Assembly (NCBI GenBank): GCA_963848965.1
Contig: CAWKFG010000004.1
Span: 96,001-160,000, forward strand
Direction of reading: 5' to 3'
From: an uncultured bacterium
Lineage (GTDB): Bacteria > Babelota > Babeliae > Babelales > Babelaceae
DNA length: 64,000 bases
Shown here piece after piece: positions 29,672-37,898 of this stretch (position 1 is the stretch's first letter; each line of letters begins with the position of its first letter). Under the pieces are notes generated by a model. That model was not told the origin of the DNA and did not search any database. It saw nothing but the letters and a program-made list of their open reading frames with translations. Position numbers and translations under genes: made by a program.

Positions 29672-31819
29672 TTACTCAAGCTCTTTAAGTACCCATTGCG
29701 GCAGTTTAACAGTATAGCGCTCAATAAGCTCACGTAATAGAGGCTTATTAAAACTCATAAAAAGTTTTAGCAAAGAATACAAACAGGAGGTATTGAGTGT
29801 TTCCTGCTGAGATTTTTGGACATACTCTTCTTTAGTTAAAGAAGAAAGATCAAGAAAGTTACCTTCTAGAGAAATACAATGCAAGTAAATCAATACTGTC
29901 ATTTGTTGCCATGATGCTGGTTTAAATCCTCTTGGTATATAATGGAAGTGAACTTTATTTTTATCGGAGAGAACATAGAGAATGGAATGTTGGTTAGAAT
30001 AAACCTTTATACGTCGCACCGTACTTTCAAATGAATGAGGAGTTGGATCTAGTATACCTATTGTTGGATGACCATCTATAGTATACAACGTAGCATCAAG
30101 TTCTTCTGAATCTTTATGTTTCATCCATTTCCCCATAAAATGCGGCTCTAATAATAAAAAATAGGTACCATCTGCAGTCAAAAGCGGAGGATATTTAGAC
30201 GTAATACATTCACCATTAGGTTTTGTTATACACTTTATCTTATTACCATTGAACGCATAAAGACTATCTACTTTATAATCATCAGATACTGTATGAGACA
30301 ATAAAAAGTAAGGGCTATCTGCAGTACACGATGCAAAACATTGCTCAAAATATGCTATCTGTTTGCTTGTAAGAATATCCCAGAGAGCAACACAACAGCT
30401 GCCATGCGTATCTCTTAGATCTGAGTTTGAAGTACCAAAAAGGAGTTTTGTTCCACAAGGGCTCAAAACAATACCTAAATGATTCTCGTAAATATAATAT
30501 GGTATCTTATGCTCTAGAAAACATAGTTGCTTTTCTTGTTTTACATCCCAGACTTCTATGTGTTCAGGAAACATGACAGCAAGAATATTATGGCGCCTAT
30601 TAAAGTCATAATAACAACGTATTGTATTTGCTTGCTCTTTTTCAGATAACGTAAAATTAAACACACGTACTGCTTCACCTGTTGGTACAGTGATTACACA
30701 AGCATTATGAGGATTAACAGCAAGTAACGCGATATTTGAGAGAAAGTAAGCACAATGGTATGAATTATTTTCAATAACGAGCAGTTGTTTTCCTGTACTT
30801 GTATTCCATACTACAAGACGTCCATCTTCTGTTGCATAATTATATGTTGCAGGTTGAAGAATAACTAGTGCTTGAGAACTCTCGAAACAAAGATCACTAT
30901 GTCTAACAAATGCCCTTTTTGCATGTAGCTGCTGAAATAAGACTGCCTGTTTCTTACCCTTCAGGTCACAGGTAATATAGCGCCATACATTTTCCGCGCG
31001 CCGTACGTTTTCTGATTGCTGAACTGTTTCAACCGCTGCTAAAAAAGTGGTATCTGCTAACATCCCCTCTTCTAGTCTTACCTCATCATATTTTTTGTCT
31101 TTGTAACAATCTAAAGAGAGAGTATGCGTTGGATTCCTCAACTGGAATGTATTGTGCGATATTATCTGTAAAGAAGAATTATAGAGATAAAAGAGAGAAG
31201 CAATCTTGCGAGAAAGCTCTTCTGATATAGCAAAACCATTAGGTATCTTGAGAAAATCTTTGTCTGTTAAATTTTTTGCTATATATCTACACAAGGCTTC
31301 TACCAATAAAGGGACATCAAAAAAATCAGCTGCTATTAATAATGGCAGAGCAAGCTCCTGAAATTGCTTTTGCGCTAAGCGCTGATAGAGTTCTACTATT
31401 TTTTTATTAAGACACTTACCTTTTATTGCAGTACCCTCTAATTTGTTAACAAGCATAGTAACAAGAGATTCAAATTCGTCTACTATAAGAGCTGGCAAAG
31501 ACTCTATAGGCACCTGTTTATACAGCTGGGCAACTGAAAAAACTAAGCGAAAAAGAGTTCCAAAAACAGTACTATTAACAGAAGGAAGCTTAATACGAGA
31601 TTCTTGAGCCTCTTTAAATCCACCAAGCACAAGATGCTTAATTGTCTTAGAAAAGATACTCAATATACGTAATGCTCTTTTATTTAAAGTTACATGTTTA
31701 TCATCACTACAAACAAAAGTAATACCCTCTTCTGTAGATAGTTCTGATGCGTTCATACCAAAGAGAGGTAAAAACACAGAATAGGCATAAACACATAAAA
31801 GTAACTTTAGTCTTTTCAC
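29672..31819 (-). CDS. Secreted BTB/Skp1-like plus WD40-like protein
   Basis: ITFVCSDD...SKTIKHLV..GFKEAQESRIKLPSVNS...LLIAADFFDVPLL, followed by VVWNT, EVWDV and ALWDI repeats. Confidence 0.75.
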   Translation of the reverse strand: MKRLKLLLCVYAYSVFLPLFGMNASELSTEEGITFVCSDDKHVTLNKRALRILSIFSKTIKHLVLGGFKEAQESRIKLPSVNSTVFGTLFRLVFSVAQLYKQVPIESLPALIVDEFESLVTMLVNKLEGTAIKGKCLNKKIVELYQRLAQKQFQELALPLLIAADFFDVPLLVEALCRYIAKNLTDKDFLKIPNGFAISEELSRKIASLFYLYNSSLQIISHNTFQLRNPTHTLSLDCYKDKKYDEVRLEEGMLADTTFLAAVETVQQSENVRRAENVWRYITCDLKGKKQAVLFQQLHAKRAFVRHSDLCFESSQALVILQPATYNYATEDGRLVVWNTSTGKQLLVIENNSYHCAYFLSNIALLAVNPHNACVITVPTGEAVRVFNFTLSEKEQANTIRCYYDFNRRHNILAVMFPEHIEVWDVKQEKQLCFLEHKIPYYIYENHLGIVLSPCGTKLLFGTSNSDLRDTHGSCCVALWDILTSKQIAYFEQCFASCTADSPYFLLSHTVSDDYKVDSLYAFNGNKIKCITKPNGECITSKYPPLLTADGTYFLLLEPHFMGKWMKHKDSEELDATLYTIDGHPTIGILDPTPHSFESTVRRIKVYSNQHSILYVLSDKNKVHFHYIPRGFKPASWQQMTVLIYLHCISLEGNFLDLSSLTKEEYVQKSQQETLNTSCLYSLLKLFMSFNKPLLRELIERYTVKLPQWVLKELE

Positions 31820-31900
31820 AGAGCCCCACTCATATAAAATATTATTAATTAGTTTACAAAATATAATAAAAAAATAAAGTATTAAAGGTTATTATGACTT

Positions 31901-31940
31901 ATAAATAAGAAACAACTTCTATAAATAAGAAACAACTTCT
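31901..31940. repeat. 20-bp perfect tandem duplication
   Basis: ATAAATAAGAAACAACTTCT x2. Confidence 0.9.
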
Positions 31941-32012
31941 ATAGAGGTAAAGCTTTGTATAGTGAAAATAAGATCCTCTATATGGATATAGAGCAAACAT
32001 TTTAGAAACAGA

Positions 32013-35000
32013 CTAATGGGCCAAAAACTTATAGTCAAAAATTTGCTCATTTAAAAAACCAACAAACTCATCGGTTGCTATATCGATATTATCAATAAAT
32101 CGGTTACGTGATACATTAGAGCGACCTGACTTCCAAACGTGCTCCTGAGGGTTAAGGTCAGGTGCGCAAGGTGGAAACTGAATAAGATGAAATTTATGCT
32201 TGGTTTCAGCTAAAAATGATTTAATTTTTGAGGATTTATGCCATATAGCATTATCCCATATAATAACAATTTTATAATTTTTGTACTCATTTCCGATTGA
32301 ATTCAACACTTTGCAAGTTTCATCTGAATTAGCCCCTATTGCTTTGAAAGCATGCTCTTTGCCGTTAGAAAGATTCAAAAAACCATAGATACATCTAAGC
32401 TGTCGATTACTTGAAGTAGGGTCGAGAACTGGCGCATTAGCGAAGAGATTGTTTTTTTTTCGCCATGTTTCCAGTTCCCGCCACATCGAACCCACCATGC
32501 AGATTTAGTGCAGTGGGCTCTCCTGTTCTTTTCGCATTAGGGTTTATGTGACTCATCATGCTGGTTCCACTTTCGGTCCTTGATAGTACCTTATCTCGTA
32601 GTCATTATATAGTTTGAGTGTCTTGTATATCAGGTCGTTACTCCATCTCTTCCAGCCGAACCCCTTTTGGCCTCTTGCTTTCGCTAGGTGCCTTCTCACT
32701 TTGTTTTCTATCCATCGCCTTACGTTCTTGAAGCATCTTCCGGAGTTCCCCGTCCTAAAGTAGTTTGCCCATCCCCTTATTATCGGGTTCATTAGCTCTA
32801 TTATCCTTTGTACAGGTTGTGACATGTATCGCTTGCATATGTCTCTTATTTTTGTCACGAGCTTGTCACGGGCTCCTTTCTTTGGAGTTGTCTGTGGCCT
32901 TATCTTGCCGCTGAGTGACTTTACTAGTCTCACATCGAAGCCTAAGAAGCCGAAGCTTTCGCCTTTGCTTAGATCTACTATCTTTGTTTTCTCGTGGTTG
33001 ATCTGCAGATCGAGTTTTTGTAGCTCTTCTTGTAGTCTTCTCGGTATTGCTTTCGTTAGCCATTCTTGGTTGTAGTGTCCATCGATCAGCACTACAAGGT
33101 CATCTGCGAATCTTGCGTATCCTACGTTTGTGTAGATGCTCCAGCTGGTCGTCTCTTTTGCTTCTTCCAGCATCTTGTCTATGTCGTTCAGATAGATGTT
33201 TGCTAGCAGAGGCGACAGCGGCCCTCCTTGTGGTATGCCTCTTTTACCGCTTGCTTTGCATATCAGCTTTAGCAGGTGCATGATTTGTTTGTCTTGCACC
33301 CTTTGGGCTATATGCTTGAATAGTATGTCGTGTCTTACGCTGTCGAAGTGTGCTTTGATATCCAGGTCAATTACTTTAGTTTTTCCTAGGAGTATCGCTT
33401 GTTTCACACTTTCTATTGCTTTGTGAGGGTCCCGGTTTGGTCTGTATCCATATGATCCTTTTTGGAAGTCTGCTTCAAATATCGGTTCGAGTATGAGCTT
33501 TAATGCGCCTTGCACTACTCTGTCCTTTATGGATGGAATTGATAGTGTACACATTTTTCCGTTGCTTTTCGGTATCGTTTGCTTACGGTTTGCTAGTGGG
33601 TGATAGTTCTCTTCTCTAAGTTCGCTTTGGATCCCTTGCAGAAACTTATCTACCCCTTCTCTTTCTATCATTCCGAACGTCACGCCGTCTATTCCTGGCG
33701 CTCCGTTGTTCCGCTTGGCCAGCGTGTAGGATTGTTTGAGCGTTTCCATCTTGGTTATATGGATATAGAGCCCCCAGAACTTATGGGGCTTGTCGGTCTT
33801 CGCCTTAATGTATATTTTCCTTTGCACGTCTTGCAGTTTGGTTGGCTTCTTTATCATCTTGCCTTGCCTCCCATATAAAGGAATCGCTAACCGAGAGCGT
33901 TATCATTGCTCTCAACAGTAGGGGTCCTTCGCTCTGCGGTTATTAATCGCTTCTTCGCTACTAGTACCCCATCCGACACCCTCTCGCTTTCGATGCACTT
34001 CCCAGGTGCTCTGGTTATAGCATCTACTCATTTTTTTTCCGTCTGTATTTCTCAGATGGGCGAGTAGGATCTCCCGAGTTGCCGTTGTTGTCCTTGCAAT
34101 CGTGCTGTTGCTGTCTACCCCGTCCAGATTAATTGTCGTATCAGTCAGACTTTCGCCAACTAATGGTGCCTTCGCCAAAGAAGTACAGGCTCGGCTCTGG
34201 AATCTCCCAACTTTCGAGGCTACTTTGCATTCACTTTCCGTTACGGCCCGATTGCTTGCTCATCCTCCCTTGGAGAACTTTGTTGAGAGGCTTCAGCTCC
34301 TTCAGTTTCTTGTTGGGCTGCTCTCCTAGCTACGAGTTCTGACTTTTCTCTCGATGGGTCTACCTGTGGGTTCCCATAGGACATCAATAGCCTTGCTGCG
34401 GCGCACACATCAATTTTAGGAAATTCACCTTTTGGAAGCCATATCTTTTGTGTTGTAGTTTGCGTTGTTAAGAACATCTCGTCTTCAGCTAAAACAACAG
34501 TATTAGGTTCGTTCAGTGTATCAATAATCCATTGTTTGTTCTTTTGGATCCATTCATCTATAGTTTTTTGATCTCTGTTTTTATATTGCTTATCCGGCTT
34601 ATGATAAGTAAATTTGGCATCTTTAAAAATGATATAAATCGATGTTTTGGATTTATATTCAACTCCATATTGTTCTTTAATTAGATGCGCCAGAATCGCT
34701 GTAGTCCAAAAATTAGAATTATACCCAAATGCTTCTGGTGTTGAGTTATGCAGAATTGTAATAATTTGCTCTCTCTGATTCCTCGTCAATAAACGTTTTG
34801 GATATCTCTTTCTATCTTTTAATGCTGCAATTCCTCGTTCTATGTACTTTTTTCTAAGGTCAAATGCATATTTTTGGCCATACCTTGTTAAACGCTTGAT
34901 TAGTTCAGGATTAGCTGCGCAGTCAACTAATAATATTGCCTGTATTCTTTTTAATTCATTAGCAGTACATTCTTTATCATTCTGTAATTCTACTAATTTA

Positions 35001-35026
35001 TTAAGTTGTTGTTCGGTTAATTTTAC
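32013..35026 (-). CDS. IS630 transposase in two exons (35026-34407 and 32415-32013), about 340 aa after splicing; start codon appears to be GTA
   Basis: Joined exons read GEFPKIDV/SSNRQLRCIYGF in frame; AAGGAG RBS at 35035-35040 precedes GTA AAA TTA. Confidence 0.8.
32416..34406 (-). mobile_element. Group II intron (1991 nt)
   Basis: 5' GTGCG; domain V GAGAGCCCACTGCACTAAATCTGCATGGTGGGTTC; domain VI ending CTCGACCCTAC; encodes an RT. Confidence 0.93.
32556..33857 (-). CDS. ltrA: Group II intron reverse transcriptase/maturase, no endonuclease domain
   Basis: GAPGIDG, IPSIKDRVVQ, PQGGPLSPLLANIYL, RFADD, FGFLG and domain X NPIIRGWANYF. Confidence 0.95.
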   Translation of the reverse strand: MIKKPTKLQDVQRKIYIKAKTDKPHKFWGLYIHITKMETLKQSYTLAKRNNGAPGIDGVTFGMIEREGVDKFLQGIQSELREENYHPLANRKQTIPKSNGKMCTLSIPSIKDRVVQGALKLILEPIFEADFQKGSYGYRPNRDPHKAIESVKQAILLGKTKVIDLDIKAHFDSVRHDILFKHIAQRVQDKQIMHLLKLICKASGKRGIPQGGPLSPLLANIYLNDIDKMLEEAKETTSWSIYTNVGYARFADDLVVLIDGHYNQEWLTKAIPRRLQEELQKLDLQINHEKTKIVDLSKGESFGFLGFDVRLVKSLSGKIRPQTTPKKGARDKLVTKIRDICKRYMSQPVQRIIELMNPIIRGWANYFRTGNSGRCFKNVRRWIENKVRRHLAKARGQKGFGWKRWSNDLIYKTLKLYNDYEIRYYQGPKVEPA

Positions 35027-35100
35027 TTTTTGATCTCCTTCTTTTTATCAAAAAGTTTACACTGCTTTAGTCTGATTTTAAAGTGTGACGTCTATATTAT

Positions 35101-35125
35101 AAAGCCGGGGGGTGTCCCCGGCTTT
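35101..35125 (-). terminator. Terminator
   Basis: AAAGCCGGGG...CCCCGGCTTT stem. Confidence 0.65.
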
Positions 35126-35210
35126 AAGTATATAAAAATTCCAGTTACTTAATTTTGACCATAAGGTCAATTGATAAATTGCTCTTATAAGTCTTTCTAA
35201 TATCCTACTA

Positions 35211-35921
35211 TCAAAGCCCATGAAATTTCTTAATAGGACAATTAGCGCTGTGCCCAACTATTGGAAATGGTCCAGGTTCAGAAGGATTTTCTTTTGATAG
35301 TGAGCATTGTGGACAGTAATTATCTTTATCTTGTTGATTACTAGAATATTTATAGTTTCTCATTTCGGCAGCTTTGTATTTTTGCTCTTGGTTTCTTACT
35401 AGTTGCCGTTCTCTTTGTCTCCGTTCTTCTTTAACTTTTCGTAAAACTTTTTCCTTTTCTGCTTGTAACTCTTTAGACTTTCTATCACGTTCTAAAGATA
35501 ATTCATATGCTGCTTCTGGAGACTTTAATCCGTGCTTTAACCTATAGGCCGCTTCTTTTTGTGCTACAAAGAGTTTATAAGCTTTACTTGTACAAGGATC
35601 CCACTCCTCTTCGTCCTCTTGAGCAAAGAGTCCCTTTCTCGCTCTATATTCTTCAAGTGTCTCTTTCCTTAACCCACGTCTTTGTCTATACTCTTCCGGG
35701 GTCTCTTTCCGATGTCCTTCATCTTTTAATTCATTTTGAGCAGAGAGTCCCTTTCTCGCTCTATATTCTTCAGGTGTCTCCTTCCTTAACCCACGTCTTT
35801 GTCTATACTCTTCCGGGGTCTCTTTCCGGCGTCCTTCATCTTTTTCCATCGCTATTGAATGCTGAAAAATTGCGAAAGAAGATACTAAGCTAAAAATAAA
35901 AGCCATTCTTAAAAAATACAT
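35211..35921 (-). CDS. Secreted charged repeat protein (ETPEEYR units) with C-terminal CPQC...H...C
   Basis: Signal peptide ending SIA|MEK; four KET(P/L)EEYR units. Confidence 0.75.
   Translation of the reverse strand: MYFLRMAFIFSLVSSFAIFQHSIAMEKDEGRRKETPEEYRQRRGLRKETPEEYRARKGLSAQNELKDEGHRKETPEEYRQRRGLRKETLEEYRARKGLFAQEDEEEWDPCTSKAYKLFVAQKEAAYRLKHGLKSPEAAYELSLERDRKSKELQAEKEKVLRKVKEERRQRERQLVRNQEQKYKAAEMRNYKYSSNQQDKDNYCPQCSLSKENPSEPGPFPIVGHSANCPIKKFHGL
35619..35844. repeat. 117-bp-period near-identical duplication within the CDS
   Basis: Copies begin TTGAGCA at 35619 and 35736; 39-aa period. Confidence 0.9.
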
Positions 35922-36136
35922 AATTATCACCTGTTAGTAATATAAGTTTACTGCATAATGAATATTATCAAACTTTTTAAAGCTCAAAACTTTCTCCTCT
36001 TTAGAAAAAGTACTAACTTATCCCATTCTTCTATGCCTATCATCACCAACTCCTTTCAGCAAAGTACCTCCTGGTCAAAAACACATTTACTATTTTACAT
36101 AAAAAAAATATTGGCCTAAGCCAGACACTACAAATT

Positions 36137-36197
36137 ATGAGAAGTTTTCATCAATTATCATACAACGAAAGAAATAAAATTTATAGTGGACTAATTG
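36137..36197 (+). pseudogene. Possible IS30-family transposase N-terminal fragment
   Basis: MRSFHQLSYNERNKIYSGL resembles the IS30 HTH start; cut at the ISAs1 end. Confidence 0.4.
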
Positions 36198-36198
36198 C

Positions 36199-36519
36199 CA
36201 GGGCAGGGCTGTCTTATTTAATTTATCCTTTTAAAAGAGTAAGCATGCCACAATCATCTCCGATTAAGCTCTTACGCAACGTTTTAATCGCTATATTCTC
36301 AAACTTCTTATTAGCAGGATGTATCGATTGATATCTCTTTATCAGATTTAGACCCACTCGCCTTATTACTGCCTCATTTTGAGCGATATTCTTATTCCAA
36401 ATTATGCGGTTATCTTCTTTAAAAATTACGTCAAGAACCCAATTTAACGAATCTTCAATTCCCCAATGTGCTCTACTGACGGCTAAATTTTTTTGAGCAT
36501 TTGGCTTTAAGCTATTGAT
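36199..36519 (-). pseudogene. ISAs1-family transposase C-terminal remnant with terminal GCCCTG
   Basis: Manual translation ...RAHWGIEDSLNWVLDVIFKED...LLKG-stop (36223); CAGGGC end at about 36199. Confidence 0.85.
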
Positions 36520-36624
36520 AATATCGATATAGCAACCGATGAGTTTGTTGGTTTTTTAAATGAGCAAATTTTTGACTATAAGTTTTTGGCCCATTAGTCT
36601 GTTTCTAAAATGTTTGCTCTATAT
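36513..36624 (+). mobile_element. Isolated right end of the same IS630, inverted
   Basis: 112-bp reverse complement of 31986-32097. Confidence 0.92.
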
Positions 36625-36826
36625 TGCATTGAGAAAAGCCAGAAGGATTAAATTCAATAACTTGATGGTATATTTTAATGTACACAGTGATAGAAACATA
36701 TAAAAAAGATAAATTCATTTTCCAACATTCTTTGTACGGTCTATCCTATCGTAAAGCTTAAGAGCCACTGAATAGAACATCCCTCTCACTTAAAAGCAAG
36801 AGGGATATCGTCTTTAAAAGCTACTT

Positions 36827-37702
36827 TTACTGTACTTCTACAAGCATGCCTTCTTCTTGAGGGAAAATAGCACCTTCAGTATCTTGAAGACTATTAAGAG
36901 TCTTAATCGAACGTTGTCCTTCTCGAATAACGTGATTTAAAAGAACTGGGTGAATTACAGATCTTAATTGATTCTTACCTGCTGCTTCTCGAGCTGTTTT
37001 GTTGTACGCATCGAGTGCTTTTGCTGCTTTTAATGAGATTTGTAACATCATTTCTTTTTCACTCTTTACTATATTTTCAAATTTCTGAGATAAATCTTCT
37101 CCTTTAGTAAACAGTTCTCGTTCGCTTGGATCTAAAAGATGTGCTGCAAATCCTGCGTGTTCACCATTGATAATATTCCAGAAGGTTATCTCATCTCGAT
37201 CGCTGTACGGTATACCATTAAGTTTATCTACAAAGTAATCAAGCTCTAAAATAATATGTCGAGCAAAAAGAGGGAAAATCCATCCTATCCATTGTCCTGA
37301 ATTTAAAGTTTTAAGAACTTGCATTTTATACGCTCTTAATTTCTTTGTAAGAGGAAGTATCGCTCCTATAATTCGAGGATTTTGTTTCAATGCCTTTCTA
37401 AAAGCTTCAAATCTTTTATGTAGAGCAAGACCCTGTTTTTTTAATGTAGGTTCTTCAATACCTAAATGAAGGAAAAGAGCGTGCTCAGACATCTGACGAG
37501 CCCAAAAGTTTACCTCATCTAAAGCAATCTCTGGAGCAACTTTTATACTACGATATCGAGTATCTCCTAAAGCAGCTCTACGTTCTAATACGCCACTTAA
37601 TTCACGAACTTGTGGTGTCAGAGGCCCTTTAGCAAGAACATAAAAACCCATAGAAGCAATTCCGCCTACAAGAAGAGCTATAGATAATCTTATAACTTTC
37701 AT
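36827..37702 (-). CDS. DUF2935-like helical protein with signal peptide
   Basis: Duplicated FW....EHA.F motif and ...H...E pairs. Confidence 0.75.
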   Translation of the reverse strand: MKVIRLSIALLVGGIASMGFYVLAKGPLTPQVRELSGVLERRAALGDTRYRSIKVAPEIALDEVNFWARQMSEHALFLHLGIEEPTLKKQGLALHKRFEAFRKALKQNPRIIGAILPLTKKLRAYKMQVLKTLNSGQWIGWIFPLFARHIILELDYFVDKLNGIPYSDRDEITFWNIINGEHAGFAAHLLDPSERELFTKGEDLSQKFENIVKSEKEMMLQISLKAAKALDAYNKTAREAAGKNQLRSVIHPVLLNHVIREGQRSIKTLNSLQDTEGAIFPQEEGMLVEVQ

Positions 37703-37898
37703 TATTTCTCCTTATTTAAAAAGTTATTTTTTATTTTAAACGTACCAATTTTAAATCATAATTGTCAATTAATTATTTTTTTTAAATAACAAGACGTACT
37801 GATTTATTTTCAGATAAAAAACCCTATAACAAAAGAGTACTTAGTTCTTTACAATACCTTTTAGAAAAGCATTCTCAGATATGTGGACAATCATAGTA

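Larger units (their letters stand above)
31987..35096 (-). mobile_element. IS630-family element interrupted by a group II intron
   Basis: Imperfect terminal IRs TATAGAGCAAACATTTTAGAAACAGACTAA and TATAGACGTCACACTTTAAAATCAGACTAA (23/30 match), TA at both ends; DDE motifs AEDE, WDNA and PDLNPQE. Confidence 0.9.

Noticed and set aside
31901..31940. Repeat as a CRISPR array
   Set aside because: Two adjacent copies with no spacer, and no cas genes in the window.
32013..32498. 161-aa ORF as an independent gene
   Set aside because: Its first ~27 aa are translated intron domains V/VI; the rest is exon 2 of the IS630 transposase.
32556..33857. RT as a retron, DGR or defence RT
   Set aside because: It lies within clear group II intron boundaries (GTGCG, domains V/VI) and has domain X; no template/variable repeat pair was seen.
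33912..34406. Short ORFs in this interval and the C-terminus of 34241-34789
   Set aside because: They fall in the structured intron RNA (domains I-III).
35619..35844. 117-bp repeat as CRISPR or DGR TR/VR
   Set aside because: It is an in-frame coding duplication without spacers.
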